A stretch of DNA of 64,000 nt from NCBI GenBank assembly GCA_965215365.1, contig CBDCDS010000003.1, positions 896,001 to 960,000 of the forward strand. Reading direction: 5' to 3'. A program made the position numbers and the translations under genes. The notes beneath the pieces were generated by a model that did not search any database, was not told the origin of the DNA, and was given only the letters and a program-made list of their open reading frames with translations. Positions 38,845 through 49,120 of this stretch are shown piece after piece. The stretch is from Gammaproteobacteria bacterium (GTDB taxonomy: Bacteria > Pseudomonadota > Gammaproteobacteria > Eutrophobiales > Eutrophobiaceae). The stretch's first letter is position 1. Each line of letters opens with the position of its first letter.

Positions 38845-38893
38845 ATTTTTGCTATGTAGGTTTCACCTGCCCTGGCCCGTTTACGTCCCTGTC
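38845..38893 (+). repeat. 49-bp imperfect direct repeat (copy 2) downstream of Fic gene
   Basis: See 37355-37403. Confidence 0.8.
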
Positions 38894-38955
38894 GCCGGAT
38901 ACCGGCCAATCCCTGGCCGGTATGACGAACAACGGGCTTACATGCGGGCGGTGTT

Positions 38956-39066
38956 CTGAAGCTGGTTGCTGCGTGGATTGAAATCCATCAGGATGAGTTG
39001 CTTGCGGATTGGGAGTTGGCAGTCAATGGTAAAAAGCTATTTCCGATTAGAGGCCTTGATCAATGA
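38956..39066 (+). pseudogene. 5'-truncated DUF4160-family protein (putative toxin)
   Basis: LKLVAAWIEIHQDELLADWELAVNGKKLFPIRGLDQ*, no in-frame ATG; ATGA overlap with DUF2442 gene. Confidence 0.75.
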
Positions 39067-39329
39067 TAATTTCTTCGATAAAGCCACACCAAGACTATGT
39101 GCTGGAAATCCTCGCGGAGGATGGGCGCACAGGCTTTTTTGATGTGCGACCCTACTTGGAATCCGAAGTATTTTCCGGCTTAAAAGAAGAGCAAGCTTTC
39201 AAACAGGTAACCAATGGTGGCTATTTCATAGAATGGGAGTGTGGAGCAGATTTATCGGCGGATACTATCGAGGCTCGATGGCACAATGTACCAGTCCCTG
39301 CCTCCACGCAAGCATGCGGCGCCCGGTGA
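39063..39329 (+). CDS. DUF2442-family protein (putative antitoxin)
   Basis: I..IKP..DY.L....EDG..G.FDV.PYL...VF..LK....F.QV......IEW..GADLS.DTI. Confidence 0.8.
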   Translation: MIISSIKPHQDYVLEILAEDGRTGFFDVRPYLESEVFSGLKEEQAFKQVTNGGYFIEWECGADLSADTIEARWHNVPVPASTQACGAR

Positions 39330-39352
39330 CTGTGTCGGAGGGTCGCCACACG

Positions 39353-39609
39353 GGTGCGTCGGAGAACGCAGTGAAGACACAGGTTTGGATAGCCGTCTCC
39401 GTGTACGTGCTGGTTGCGATAATCAAAAAGCGTCTGAACTGCGACCTGAGTCTCTACACTTCCAGCGTTGGCCTTTACGGGAAGCAATCGCCATCCAACG
39501 CTTGTCTGGCTTCTTACTCCAGTCACAATGGACGACCATACTAAATCGATTTTTTGTTGTAGTCATTGCTGTTGGTATTGGTTCATGCAAGTGGGTTATC
39601 GGGACATTA
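39353..39609 (+). mobile_element. IS4-family transposase 3' remnant
   Basis: GASENAVKTQVWIAVSVYVLVAIIKKRLN..LSLYT matches IS4 DDE C-terminus; possible right end ...ttatcgggacatta abutting mgtE stop. Confidence 0.75.
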
Positions 39610-40941
39610 CGACGTCAGAAAAATAGTAGCCAACCCTAGGAAGGTCATAAAACCTATGACATCGGTGACGGTTGTCAGGATGACCCCGCCGGCGATGGCC
39701 GGGTCTATGCCGAATTTTTTCAGGGCCAGGGGGATCATTGAGCCGGCCAAGGCGGCGCAGACCAGGTTGATGACCATGGCCAGGCTGATGACCAGGCCCA
39801 GTCCTTCATTACCGAACCACAGGGTGGCGACAACCCCGACCACGGCTGCCCACAGGACGCCGTTGAGCAGGCCGACGGCGCACTCCTTGCGCACCAGCGC
39901 GCAGGCGTTCTGCCGGGAAATACGGCCCAATGCCAGACCGCGCACGGAGATCGTCAAGGCCTGACTGCCAGCGCTGCCGCCCAGGCCGGCGACGATGGGC
40001 ATGAGGATGGCCAGCGCCACCAGTTCCTCAATGGCGGCCTCGAAGCGCCCGATCACCCAGGCGGCGAGGAATACGCTGAGCAGGCTGATGCCCAGCCAGA
40101 CTGCGCGCCGTCGGGTACTGGACAGGACCGACGCGAACAGGTCGTCCTCACCCAGGCCGGCCATGTTGCGTACGGATTGTTCCGCCAAGCCCTGGATCAC
40201 GTCCACAACGTCGTCGATGGTGATGCGTCCGAGCAGTTTCCGGCGCTCGTCCAGCACTGGCGCAGAGATCAGGTCGCGCTGTTCGAATAGGCGCGCCACC
40301 TCCTCAGCGGGCATGTCGGCGGGAATGCCCACGCCCTCGGACATGTGCTCGCCGACGCTGTCCTGCGACTTGTTCACCAGTACCTCCGCCAATGACAGCA
40401 CGCCTAGGTAGCGGTTTTGCCGATCCACGACGATAAGGCTGTCGGTATGGTCGGGGAGCTCTCCCAGTTGCCGCAGGTAACGGGTCACGACATCCAGCGT
40501 CACGTCTGCACGCACCCAGACCACATCCGTGTCCATGAGGCCGCCGGCCGTGTCTTCCGGGTAGGACAGCAACGAGGCGATGCGTTCCCGGTTTTGCGCG
40601 TCCATGGACAACAACACGCTGTCCACCCGCTCTTCGGGCAGGTCTTGCAGGATGTCGGCGGCCTCGTCCGGGTCCAACCCCCGGGTCACCTGCGCCACTT
40701 CCTGCGGCTGCATTGCTGCCAGCAGGCCGGCGCGCACGGCATCCTGCACTTCGGTCAGCACGTCGCCTTCCACAGCCGGGTCGACCAGCCGCCACAGCGC
40801 GCGCCGGTGGCGGCCCGGCAGGCTCTCCAGCAGGTCGGCTATTTCGGAGGGGTGGAACGACTCCAGCATCGACCGTACCCGGCCGAAGTCACCGTCTTCC
40901 AGGCACTCGAATAAGAGCTCTTGTCGGGATGCTGCTTGCAT
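39607..40941 (-). CDS. mgtE: Magnesium transporter MgtE
   Basis: YPEDTAGGLM, CBS pair, GRITIDDV, DPA...G...TT.TD. Confidence 0.95.
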   Translation of the reverse strand: MQAASRQELLFECLEDGDFGRVRSMLESFHPSEIADLLESLPGRHRRALWRLVDPAVEGDVLTEVQDAVRAGLLAAMQPQEVAQVTRGLDPDEAADILQDLPEERVDSVLLSMDAQNRERIASLLSYPEDTAGGLMDTDVVWVRADVTLDVVTRYLRQLGELPDHTDSLIVVDRQNRYLGVLSLAEVLVNKSQDSVGEHMSEGVGIPADMPAEEVARLFEQRDLISAPVLDERRKLLGRITIDDVVDVIQGLAEQSVRNMAGLGEDDLFASVLSSTRRRAVWLGISLLSVFLAAWVIGRFEAAIEELVALAILMPIVAGLGGSAGSQALTISVRGLALGRISRQNACALVRKECAVGLLNGVLWAAVVGVVATLWFGNEGLGLVISLAMVINLVCAALAGSMIPLALKKFGIDPAIAGGVILTTVTDVIGFMTFLGLATIFLTS

Positions 40942-40989
40942 GACGGTTAAGGATTTGCGGAATTAAGCGGAGAGGGCGTAACGGCTGTT

Positions 40990-42720
40990 TTACAACGCTT
41001 GCAACAATTTCTGTATGTCTGTCGCGCGGGCGGCTTGCAGTGCCGTATCTGCGACTGCGGCCAGCTTGCTCAAGTCACTTTCCAGGATGTTCTTTTTGAC
41101 TTCCAGCAGATAAGCCGGATGCACACTGAACTCGCGCAGCCCCAGGCCCAGCAGCAGCTGGGTGTACTGGCTGTCTCCGGCCATCTCCCCGCACATGGCA
41201 ACCGGGATGCCGGCGCCGGCGCCGGCGTCGAGCGTCATCCGTATCAGCCTCAACACGGCCGGGTGCAAGGGTTCGTAGAGATAACTCACCTCGTCGTCAA
41301 CCCGGTCTATCGCCAGCGTGTACTGGATCAGGTCGTTGGTGCCGATCGAAAGGAAGTCGAATTGCTCGGCGAAAATATCCGCACAGATCGCAGCCGCCGG
41401 CACCTCGATCATGGCGCCGATGGGTAGGTTTGCGTCAAACTCCAGCCCTTGTCCGCTCAGCTCAGCCTTGATCTCAGCCACCAGGTCCAGCACCTGTCGG
41501 GCTTCCTGCAGGTTGGACAGCATAGGGATCATAAGGCGGATGTTGCCGTGTGCCGAAGCGCGCAGGATGGCGCGTAACTGGGTGCGGAACAGGGCCGGTT
41601 GTTTCAGGCACAAGCGCACGGCGCGCAACCCCAGCGCAGGATTGGCCTGCCCGGCGCTGCCTTGCTGGCGCCCGTCCACCTGTTTGTCGGCGCCCAAGTC
41701 GAGGGTGCGTATGGTCAACGGCAACCCCGCCATGGTGTCCAGCACCGACAGGTAGGTCTCATAGTGTTCCTGTTCTTCCGGCGGCGCTTCCCGGTTCATA
41801 TACAGGAACTCCGTGCGGTACAGGCCGACCCCGCCGGCGCCGACCTGCCGGGCGATGTCAAAGTCCTGCGGCAGCTCCACATTCGCCTGCAGCTTGATGG
41901 GAACTTGGTCTAAGGTGCGCGTTGGCGTTTCTTTCAGGCGTATCAGGCCGGCGTAATAGTTCCGCTCTTCCTGTTGTTGTTGCCGGTAATGGCGCAGGCT
42001 GCGCGCATCCGGGTCAACCAGCATCACACCGGCATTGCCGTCAACGATGAGCAGGTCGTCTTCCCGCACCCGACGCCGGGCTTCATGCAAGCCGACAATG
42101 GCGGGGATGATCAAGCTGCGCGCCAGGATGGCGGTGTGCGAGGTGGGGCCGCCGTATTCGGTCACAAAGGCAAGGATGCCGTGATGCTGCATCAACACCG
42201 TGTCCGCCGGCGCCAGATCATCGGCGATCAGCACATATCCGCTCAGGCGGCTGTCCGGTTCTTCGTGGCGCAACGGCCCCTGCTTTAACAGTATCCTCTG
42301 GATACGATTGACAACGTGATCGATGTCGTTCTTGCGAGTGCGCAGGTACGGGTCTTGCATTTCATCGAACACCTGCACTAGGGCATCGCGCTGGCGTTGC
42401 AGGGCCCACTCTGCGTTATGCTGTGCGGTTCGGATCAAGCGTAACGGTTCCTGAGTCAACACCGCGTCGTCCAGCATCAGCAGATGGGTGTCTATAAACG
42501 GCGCAATATCCGGCGCGGCGGCGGCCGGAATATGGTCGCGAATGGCGCGCAGCTGCTGCTTGGCCTGATCGACGGCGCTGAGCAGGCGTTGGGTTTCTGA
42601 GTCGATCCGGTCCTTGTCAACGTGGTATTCAGGAATATCAAGGCGGTCGCGTTCGATGATGTGGGCGCGCCCGATGGCAATGCCGCGGGAGACCCCCATG
42701 CCGTGCAGGGACAAGGTCAC
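40990..42720 (-). CDS. ptsI: PEP-protein phosphotransferase enzyme I
   Basis: GGPTSHTAILAR, VGLYRTEFLY, NPALGLR, MIEVP, FLSIGTNDLIQY, MCGEMAG. Confidence 0.96.
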   Translation of the reverse strand: MTLSLHGMGVSRGIAIGRAHIIERDRLDIPEYHVDKDRIDSETQRLLSAVDQAKQQLRAIRDHIPAAAAPDIAPFIDTHLLMLDDAVLTQEPLRLIRTAQHNAEWALQRQRDALVQVFDEMQDPYLRTRKNDIDHVVNRIQRILLKQGPLRHEEPDSRLSGYVLIADDLAPADTVLMQHHGILAFVTEYGGPTSHTAILARSLIIPAIVGLHEARRRVREDDLLIVDGNAGVMLVDPDARSLRHYRQQQQEERNYYAGLIRLKETPTRTLDQVPIKLQANVELPQDFDIARQVGAGGVGLYRTEFLYMNREAPPEEQEHYETYLSVLDTMAGLPLTIRTLDLGADKQVDGRQQGSAGQANPALGLRAVRLCLKQPALFRTQLRAILRASAHGNIRLMIPMLSNLQEARQVLDLVAEIKAELSGQGLEFDANLPIGAMIEVPAAAICADIFAEQFDFLSIGTNDLIQYTLAIDRVDDEVSYLYEPLHPAVLRLIRMTLDAGAGAGIPVAMCGEMAGDSQYTQLLLGLGLREFSVHPAYLLEVKKNILESDLSKLAAVADTALQAARATDIQKLLQAL

Positions 42721-42986
42721 AGCTGTTCCCCGAAGCGGTTTTCGATCAACCGCGCCAGCGTCCTCATGGCTGTTTCCTCATCGTTGCCGTACACCGTCAG
42801 TTCCAGACTCGCCCCGGTTGCTGCGGCGAGCATCATCAGGCCCATGATGCTTTTGCCGTCAACGCTTTTTTCACCCGATTTCACCCGGATCTCAGACTCA
42901 AAGGCCAGCGCCGTTTCCACAAAAGACGCAGCCGCGCGCGCATGCAGGCCCAGTTTGTTGACAATGGTGACGGTGCGTTGCAGCAA
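42717..42986 (-). CDS. HPr/NPr phosphocarrier
   Basis: NKLGLHARAA, VDGKSIMGLMML. Confidence 0.95.
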   Translation of the reverse strand: MLQRTVTIVNKLGLHARAAASFVETALAFESEIRVKSGEKSVDGKSIMGLMMLAAATGASLELTVYGNDEETAMRTLARLIENRFGEQL

Positions 42987-42993
42987 CGGGGCG

Positions 42994-43440
42994 CTACTCC
43001 GTCAACATCTGATACAGCGTTATGCCGGAGTCTTCCTGCCGCAGCCGCGCCAGGAACGCCGGCTGGTCGAACATGCCGGCCAGCTGCGCTAGGATCTGCA
43101 GGTGCTCCTGGGTCGAGTCTTCCGGCACCAGCAGCGCGAACATCAAATCTACCGGTTGCCGATCAACGGCATCGTAATCCACCCCCTGTTGCAGTTTAAC
43201 AAACGCGGCAGTGGTGGCGACGCCGTTCTGCACGCGTCCGTGCGGCAACGCCACCCCGTTGCCCAGACCGGTGCCGCCCAGACGCTCGCGGGCCAGCAGG
43301 CTATCGAACGCCTGGTGGCTGCTCAACGTGTTGTCGGCCGCGGCCATCAGGTTGGCAAGGGTCTCCAACGCGGCCTTCTTGCTGGCAAGGTTTACGTTGC
43401 ACAGAACACGCTCGCGGGTCAGGATATCTGCAATGCGCAT
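42994..43440 (-). CDS. ptsN: PTS IIA-Ntr
   Basis: SKK.ALE, RERLG.TGLG.GVALPHGR, D.QPVDL, HLQIL. Confidence 0.94.
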   Translation of the reverse strand: MRIADILTRERVLCNVNLASKKAALETLANLMAAADNTLSSHQAFDSLLARERLGGTGLGNGVALPHGRVQNGVATTAAFVKLQQGVDYDAVDRQPVDLMFALLVPEDSTQEHLQILAQLAGMFDQPAFLARLRQEDSGITLYQMLTE

Positions 43441-43473
43441 GGATGTTCGTTGCGTCGGACCGAAAAACCGCGC

Positions 43474-43767
43474 TCAGCCGCGGTGGTCGGATAATTTCTC
43501 CTTGTGTTTTTTAACCTGCCGATCGAGTTTGTCCAGCAGTTTGTCGATGGCTGCGTACATGTCGTTGTGCTCGGCGTCGGCGAACAGGTTGCCGCGCTGC
43601 AGCTGCAGATTGGCCTCGGCCCGGTTTCGCTCTTTCTCCACCGACAGGACGACATGAACGGTAAGGACATGATCAAAATGGCGCGCTATGCGCTTCAGTT
43701 TGGTGGCAACGTAGGTGCGTAACGCGGGCGTGATATCCAGATGATGGCCGGACAGGTTAATTTGCAT
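43474..43767 (-). CDS. hpf: Ribosome hibernation promoting factor
   Basis: MQINLSGHHLDITPALR.YV..K, DMYAAID...DKL.RQ..KHKEK. Confidence 0.95.
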   Translation of the reverse strand: MQINLSGHHLDITPALRTYVATKLKRIARHFDHVLTVHVVLSVEKERNRAEANLQLQRGNLFADAEHNDMYAAIDKLLDKLDRQVKKHKEKLSDHRG

Positions 43768-43796
43768 GATATTCTCTTTTTGGTCAGATCTGCGAG

Positions 43797-45257
43797 TCAG
43801 GACAGGGTTAAATTCGCTCTCTTTCTCTCGCTGGAAGAGGGAATGGACAACGCTTCCCGGTATTTTGCCACCGTTCTGCGCGCCACCTGCATGCCCTGCT
43901 GCGCCAGCAACTCGACAATTTTGTTATCGCTCAGGGGTTTTTCCGGCCGTTCAGCCTGTATATGTCTTTTGATAACCGCGCGGATGGCTGTGGCCGAACA
44001 GGCGTTGCCCCGGTCTGCGCCCACCTGGACGGAAAAGAAATACTTCAGTTCAAACACGCCCCTGGGCGTGTGCAGGTACTTGCGCGCAGTCACCCGGGAC
44101 ACCGTGGAGTCGTGCAGGTCCAGAGCCTGCGCCACATCGTGCAGCACCAGCGGTTGCATCGCTTCCTCGCCATGTTCTAAGAACGCCCGTTGTTTCTCAA
44201 CGATGCAGGAAGCCACCCGCAACAGGGTTTCGCTGCGGCTTTGCAGGCTTTTGATAAACCAGCGCGCTTCCTGCAGGTGGTTTTTCAGTGAGACGTTGTC
44301 GGCGCTGTTATCGGCGCGCCGGATCATGCCGGCATAGCTGCGGTTGATACGCAAACGCGGCAGCGTGTCGGTGTTCAGTTCCACCTTCCACACCGCGCCG
44401 GTTTTTTTGACCAGCACATCGGGCGTCACGTACTCCTGCCGGGCTTCCTGCACCTGACTGCCGGGGCGGGGGTGCAGGGACTGGATCAGGGCAATCACCT
44501 GTTCCAGTTGCGCGCGACCGAGCCCCAGCTGTTTCATCAGGCGCTTGTACTCGCGGGCGCCCAGCAACTGTAAGCACCGCTGCACTAACAGCCGGGCTTC
44601 AGCCAGCCAGGGGGTATCCGGCGCCAGTTGCGCCAGTTGCAGGAGTAGACATTCGGACAGATCGCGCGCGCCGATCCCCGCCGGATCAAACGTTTGCACC
44701 AGATGTAACACCGCCGTGATCTCGTTGGTCTCGACCTCGAACTCGGTTGCCAGGGTGGCGCCGATCTCCTCTAAGTCCTCGCCCAGGTAACCATCGTCGT
44801 CGATGGCATCGATCAAGGCAATGGCGATGGCCTTGTCGGTCACAGACAACGTGACCAGATCCAGCTGTGCAAGCAGGTGCTGGCGCAGATTCTCGGCGCT
44901 GTGGTCGCGATATTCATCCGGGTAAAACTCCGCCGCCGCGCCGTTGTGGGAGTGGTAGGCCGCGCTGTCGTAAATATCGTCCCAGGCGACATCCACGGGC
45001 AAGTCTTCCGGCAGCGTCTCGGCGGCGGTTGCCTGGGCGCAGTCCATGCCATTCAGGTCTGTGTCAGGCGGTTCGACTGCAGGTTGTGTGGCGCTGTTTT
45101 CATCTTCGTCCAACTCCAGCATCATGTTGGAATCCAGCGCCCCCTGAATCTCCAGCCCCAATTCCAGGCTGGACAACTGCAACAGCCGGATCGCCTGTTG
45201 CAACTGCGGCGTCATGGTCAAGCCATGACTTGGTTTGATTCCCAGAGATTGTTTCAT
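43797..45257 (-). CDS. rpoN: RNA polymerase sigma-54
   Basis: MTPQLQQAIRLLQLS, STVSRVT, RpoN box ARRTVAKYRE. Confidence 0.98.
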   Translation of the reverse strand: MKQSLGIKPSHGLTMTPQLQQAIRLLQLSSLELGLEIQGALDSNMMLELDEDENSATQPAVEPPDTDLNGMDCAQATAAETLPEDLPVDVAWDDIYDSAAYHSHNGAAAEFYPDEYRDHSAENLRQHLLAQLDLVTLSVTDKAIAIALIDAIDDDGYLGEDLEEIGATLATEFEVETNEITAVLHLVQTFDPAGIGARDLSECLLLQLAQLAPDTPWLAEARLLVQRCLQLLGAREYKRLMKQLGLGRAQLEQVIALIQSLHPRPGSQVQEARQEYVTPDVLVKKTGAVWKVELNTDTLPRLRINRSYAGMIRRADNSADNVSLKNHLQEARWFIKSLQSRSETLLRVASCIVEKQRAFLEHGEEAMQPLVLHDVAQALDLHDSTVSRVTARKYLHTPRGVFELKYFFSVQVGADRGNACSATAIRAVIKRHIQAERPEKPLSDNKIVELLAQQGMQVARRTVAKYREALSIPSSSERKRANLTLS

Positions 45258-45269
45258 GCTGTTGCAGCC

Positions 45270-45995
45270 TCACCTGCGGAATTCAAACCCCAGGTAAACG
45301 TTGCGCACGGTTTCATTGGCAAGAATTTCATCGGGCGTGCCTTCGGCCAGAATTTTGCCTTCATTGACGATGTACACGCGATCGCACGCGCCCAGCGTCT
45401 CCCAGACATTGTGGTCGGTGATCAGTATGCCAATGCCTTTCTCACGCAGGTAGCTGGTGATGCGCTGGATATCGCTGATGGAAATAGGATCAATGCCGGC
45501 AAACGGTTCATCAAGCAGTAAAAACTGCGGGTCGGTAGCCAGCGCCCGGGCTATCTCCACCCGTCTGCGCTCACCGCCGGACAGGCTCAGGCCCAGGCTG
45601 TCGCGCAGGTGCGACACATGAAATTCATGCAACAGTGCTTCCGCCCGTTGCTGCGCGGCTTTCTTGCTCAGGTTCTTGCGCAGCTCGAGCACCGCCAGGA
45701 TATTTTCCTCCACCGTGAGCTTGCGGAAAATCGATGATTCCTGGGGCAGGTAGCCCAGCCCGAGGCGCGCCCGTTTTTCCATGGGCAACAGGCTGAGGTC
45801 CTGTTCGTCAAGGAGAATCTCGCCCTTGTCACAGGGTATCAGACCAACGATCATGTGAAAGCTGGTAGTCTTGCCGGCGCCGTTGGGGCCGAGCAAACCG
45901 ACGATTTCACTGCTGTTCACGGTCAGGCTGATATCGTCCACCACCTGACGCGAGCGGTATGACTTGGATACGTGTTGGACCGACAGGACACTCAT
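45270..45995 (-). CDS. lptB: LPS export ABC ATPase
   Basis: [44 protein letters not shown]. Confidence 0.97.
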   Translation of the reverse strand: MSVLSVQHVSKSYRSRQVVDDISLTVNSSEIVGLLGPNGAGKTTSFHMIVGLIPCDKGEILLDEQDLSLLPMEKRARLGLGYLPQESSIFRKLTVEENILAVLELRKNLSKKAAQQRAEALLHEFHVSHLRDSLGLSLSGGERRRVEIARALATDPQFLLLDEPFAGIDPISISDIQRITSYLREKGIGILITDHNVWETLGACDRVYIVNEGKILAEGTPDEILANETVRNVYLGFEFRR

Positions 45996-46002
45996 ACGCG
46001 CA

Positions 46003-46575
46003 TCACGAGTCGGGCTCTTTCCTTTTCAGGATCAGTTTTACCCGCCCCCTTTTTTTGGCCGGATCGGTGCTGTCAGACTCGCCGGCGCCGGCTCCAGCCT
46101 CCGCGGTCACCCCGCCCGTCGCCTTCACCCGGCTAAGTGCCGTGTTGTACTCGATCCGCTCCCCGACCAGGGTGGAAGTATCCTGTTTCACCCAGGCGTC
46201 CTCGATCAACACCACCAGATTTCTGGTCTCGTGGTACTCCATACGTTTGGCCCGGGCCTGGTTGGGCGCCGCCGCGTTGTCCGGCTGTTGCCGGTAGGTG
46301 GCCGGGCTGCCTTCGATGACGAGGTAATCCAGTTCATCGCCGCCCTTGCTGCGCACCGTCATCACGTCACCCGTCATACGGATGGAGCCCTGCGTGACAA
46401 TCACGTTGCCGCGATAGATGCTGACGTCATTTAAGTCATCGAGTTCCGCCTCGTCCGCCTCAACCTGGATCGGCTGGTCCTTGTCCGTCGACAGGCACCA
46501 GGCCGTCATACTCCCCAGCAGGCAGGACAACAGGACTACCAGCCCCGTCAGGCTAGTTAAGTATGGTCTTGTCAT
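46003..46575 (-). CDS. lptA: LPS transport periplasmic protein LptA
   Basis: LSTD.DQPI..EAD, Y.GNV..TQG; synteny. Confidence 0.9.
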   Translation of the reverse strand: MTRPYLTSLTGLVVLLSCLLGSMTAWCLSTDKDQPIQVEADEAELDDLNDVSIYRGNVIVTQGSIRMTGDVMTVRSKGGDELDYLVIEGSPATYRQQPDNAAAPNQARAKRMEYHETRNLVVLIEDAWVKQDTSTLVGERIEYNTALSRVKATGGVTAEAGAGAGESDSTDPAKKRGRVKLILKRKEPDS

Positions 46576-47107
46576 GGTTAATGATTTCCAATCTGTTTTC
46601 AGGCAGGTAGGCGCGCAGGCCGCGGCCGGTGATTACCGCGGTACTGGTGACAATCGTCGCATGGCTGTCTGTCTCCGCATATTCCTGTTCCAGCAGGATT
46701 TTCACATCGGTGGTGCTGACTTCCAGCCGCGGCTCCCCGTGCGCATCGTATTCCCGCATTTTTACTATGCCGTAGAGTGAAATAGTATCATTATCTCCCT
46801 CTATGCGGCCTTTTTCTGCATCAATATACAAGGGCAACTCGTCGGCACGGAAAATTTCCATGCGCGGCCGCACCAATTTGGTGCTGTTATCGTGCGGGTA
46901 GTGCGCCATATAGTCTGCCGACAGCTTGTTTCTGGGTTGGCCGTCGCGATCCATGGTCAGGGTGGTGAAGTCCTCCATGTAATAATCCGGCGCGCGCGCA
47001 TCAGCCTGAACGGTGCTGCCTGTATCTGCGGACAACCAACTCAACAACCACGCGCTGAACACGGCGGCGCCAATCAGCAGTACCAGGATCAGTAACCGCT
47101 GTAGCAT
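46553..47107 (-). CDS. lptC: LPS export protein LptC
   Basis: N-terminal TM, PDYYME.F, HYP; synteny. Confidence 0.88.
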   Translation of the reverse strand: MLQRLLILVLLIGAAVFSAWLLSWLSADTGSTVQADARAPDYYMEDFTTLTMDRDGQPRNKLSADYMAHYPHDNSTKLVRPRMEIFRADELPLYIDAEKGRIEGDNDTISLYGIVKMREYDAHGEPRLEVSTTDVKILLEQEYAETDSHATIVTSTAVITGRGLRAYLPENRLEIINHDKTILN

Positions 47108-47110
47108 CGC

Positions 47111-48139
47111 TCAGAGCACCTGCGCACGCAGCAGGTCGTGCATATTCAGCACCCCGACCAGGTGCTGCTCATTGTCCAGCACCAGCAAGGCGTTAATGCG
47201 GTGCTGTTCCATCATGCGCAGGGCTGCGGCCGCAAGACTGCCGGCGGCAATGGTCTTGGCGTCTCTCGTCATCACTTCTGCCGTAGTGGTAGTGTGCACG
47301 TCATAACCGGCATCCAGCGCGCGGCGCAGGTCGCCGTCGGTAAAGATGCCTGTCACCCGGCCCTGCTGGTCCAGTACTGCGGTCATACCCAGCCCTTTTT
47401 CGCTCATTTCCAGCAAGGCCCGGCTCAGTGGCGCGTCCTCCCGCACCTGCGGTGCCTGCGCGCCGGTGTGCATAACATCCCGCACCGCGGCCAGGCGTCG
47501 TCCCAGTGACCCGCCGGGATGGCAGCGGGCAAAATCAGCGGCGCTGAAGCCGCGCGCCTCCAGCAGGGCGATGGCCAGAGCGTCGCCCAGCACCAGGCAG
47601 GCTGTGGTGCTGGCCGTGGGCGCCAGACCCAGTGGGCAGGCTTCCTCGGTGACGCTCACGTCAAGGCACACCGTAGCCGCCTGACCCAGCGTGGAGGCCG
47701 GGCGGCCCGTGAGCGCCACGAACGGGATGCCCAGACGCGTTATCACCGGCAACAAGGTGATGAGCTCGGCGGTCTCTCCCGAGTTGGACAGGGCAACGAC
47801 CACATCGTCCCGGGTGATCATCCCCAGGTCGCCGTGACCGGCCTCAGCCGGGTGCACGAAGAAGGACGGAGTCCCGGTGCTGGCCAGGGTGGCCGCGATC
47901 TTGTGGCCGATATGCCCGGATTTGCCCATGCCCAGCACCACCACCCGCCCCCGGCACGACAGCATCAGTTGACAGGCGCGCACGAAATGGCCGTCGATAC
48001 GTTGGCTGAGCGCGCCCACCGCCTGTTGCTCAGTGGCAATCACCGCGCGCGCGGCTTCTATCAGCCGCTCTGCATCCGCCTGCTTGCCGGCGCCGGCGCT
48101 GGTAAGCGTTGTCGAAAACCTGTCTGCAACCGCGTTCAT
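47111..48139 (-). CDS. kdsD: Arabinose-5-phosphate isomerase (SIS + CBS)
   Basis: GMGKSGHIG.KIAATLASTGTP, EACPLGLAPT.STT, HPGG.LG. Confidence 0.95.
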   Translation of the reverse strand: MNAVADRFSTTLTSAGAGKQADAERLIEAARAVIATEQQAVGALSQRIDGHFVRACQLMLSCRGRVVVLGMGKSGHIGHKIAATLASTGTPSFFVHPAEAGHGDLGMITRDDVVVALSNSGETAELITLLPVITRLGIPFVALTGRPASTLGQAATVCLDVSVTEEACPLGLAPTASTTACLVLGDALAIALLEARGFSAADFARCHPGGSLGRRLAAVRDVMHTGAQAPQVREDAPLSRALLEMSEKGLGMTAVLDQQGRVTGIFTDGDLRRALDAGYDVHTTTTAEVMTRDAKTIAAGSLAAAALRMMEQHRINALLVLDNEQHLVGVLNMHDLLRAQVL

Positions 48140-48152
48140 GTTCAATGCTTTA

Positions 48153-49106
48153 TCAAGCCTGCCAGCCCCGGAACAGCAAATACTGGTAGCCGACGAAACA
48201 CAGCAGCAATAGCGCGCCTTCGCCGCGGCTGTAGCGGTCCTTGCCGGCATAAAACACCATCCAGGCCATCAGCAGGGTCAGCCCTCCCATCACGGTAAAA
48301 TCCCGCACCAGCACTTCCCTGCCGAAACTGTCAGGATGAATAATACACGGTATGCCCAATACCATCAGCATGTTAAACATGTTCGAGCCGATGATGTTGC
48401 CGATGGCGATATCCATTTCCTGTTTGGCAATGCTGGCCAGGGACGCGGCCAGTTCCGGCAGGCTGGTGCCGACCGCAACAATGGTCAACCCGATAACCAG
48501 ATCACCGACGCCGAACGCCCTGGCAATATACACCGCGCCGCGTACCAGCAGTTCGGCGCCGCCCAGCAACACCAGCAGCCCAAGCAGCAGCAAGATAACG
48601 GACTTTGTCAGGACCGGCGGCTGTTCCGGGTCGGCCTCGTCTTGCGCGGGCGCGGCGTTTGGCGTTGCCTGTCGCACGATCCACACCAGCATCAGGCCCA
48701 GCGCGCCCAGCAGCAGCAAGCCGTCCAAGCGCGACAGGCGCAGGTCGAGCATCAATGCCAACGCCACCAGCATCGCGGCCAGCATGAGCAGAAACTCGCG
48801 CCGCAAGGTCTGCGAACGCACCACCAACGGCGCAAACAGCGCAGTGGTTCCCAGCACCAGGCCGATATTAGCGATATTGGAACCCAGAGCATTGCCGATG
48901 GCGATGTGGGTCTTGCCTTCCCAGGCGGCCACGCCGCCGACAAACACCTCCGGCATGGAGGTGGCGATGCCCACTACGATCAAACCGATGATCAACGGCG
49001 AGACCCCCAGCGCGCGCGCAACCCCTGCGGCCCCGGACACGAACCGGTCCGCCCCCAGCACCAGCAGGGCCAGACCGCCCAGCACCAATAGTGTTGCCAT
49101 CAACAT
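48153..49106 (-). CDS. Calcium/sodium antiporter (YrbG family)
   Basis: Two alpha repeats TS.PE and GN..GSN..N. Confidence 0.92.
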   Translation of the reverse strand: MLMATLLVLGGLALLVLGADRFVSGAAGVARALGVSPLIIGLIVVGIATSMPEVFVGGVAAWEGKTHIAIGNALGSNIANIGLVLGTTALFAPLVVRSQTLRREFLLMLAAMLVALALMLDLRLSRLDGLLLLGALGLMLVWIVRQATPNAAPAQDEADPEQPPVLTKSVILLLLGLLVLLGGAELLVRGAVYIARAFGVGDLVIGLTIVAVGTSLPELAASLASIAKQEMDIAIGNIIGSNMFNMLMVLGIPCIIHPDSFGREVLVRDFTVMGGLTLLMAWMVFYAGKDRYSRGEGALLLLCFVGYQYLLFRGWQA

Positions 49107-49120
49107 ACGTCAATACTCCT

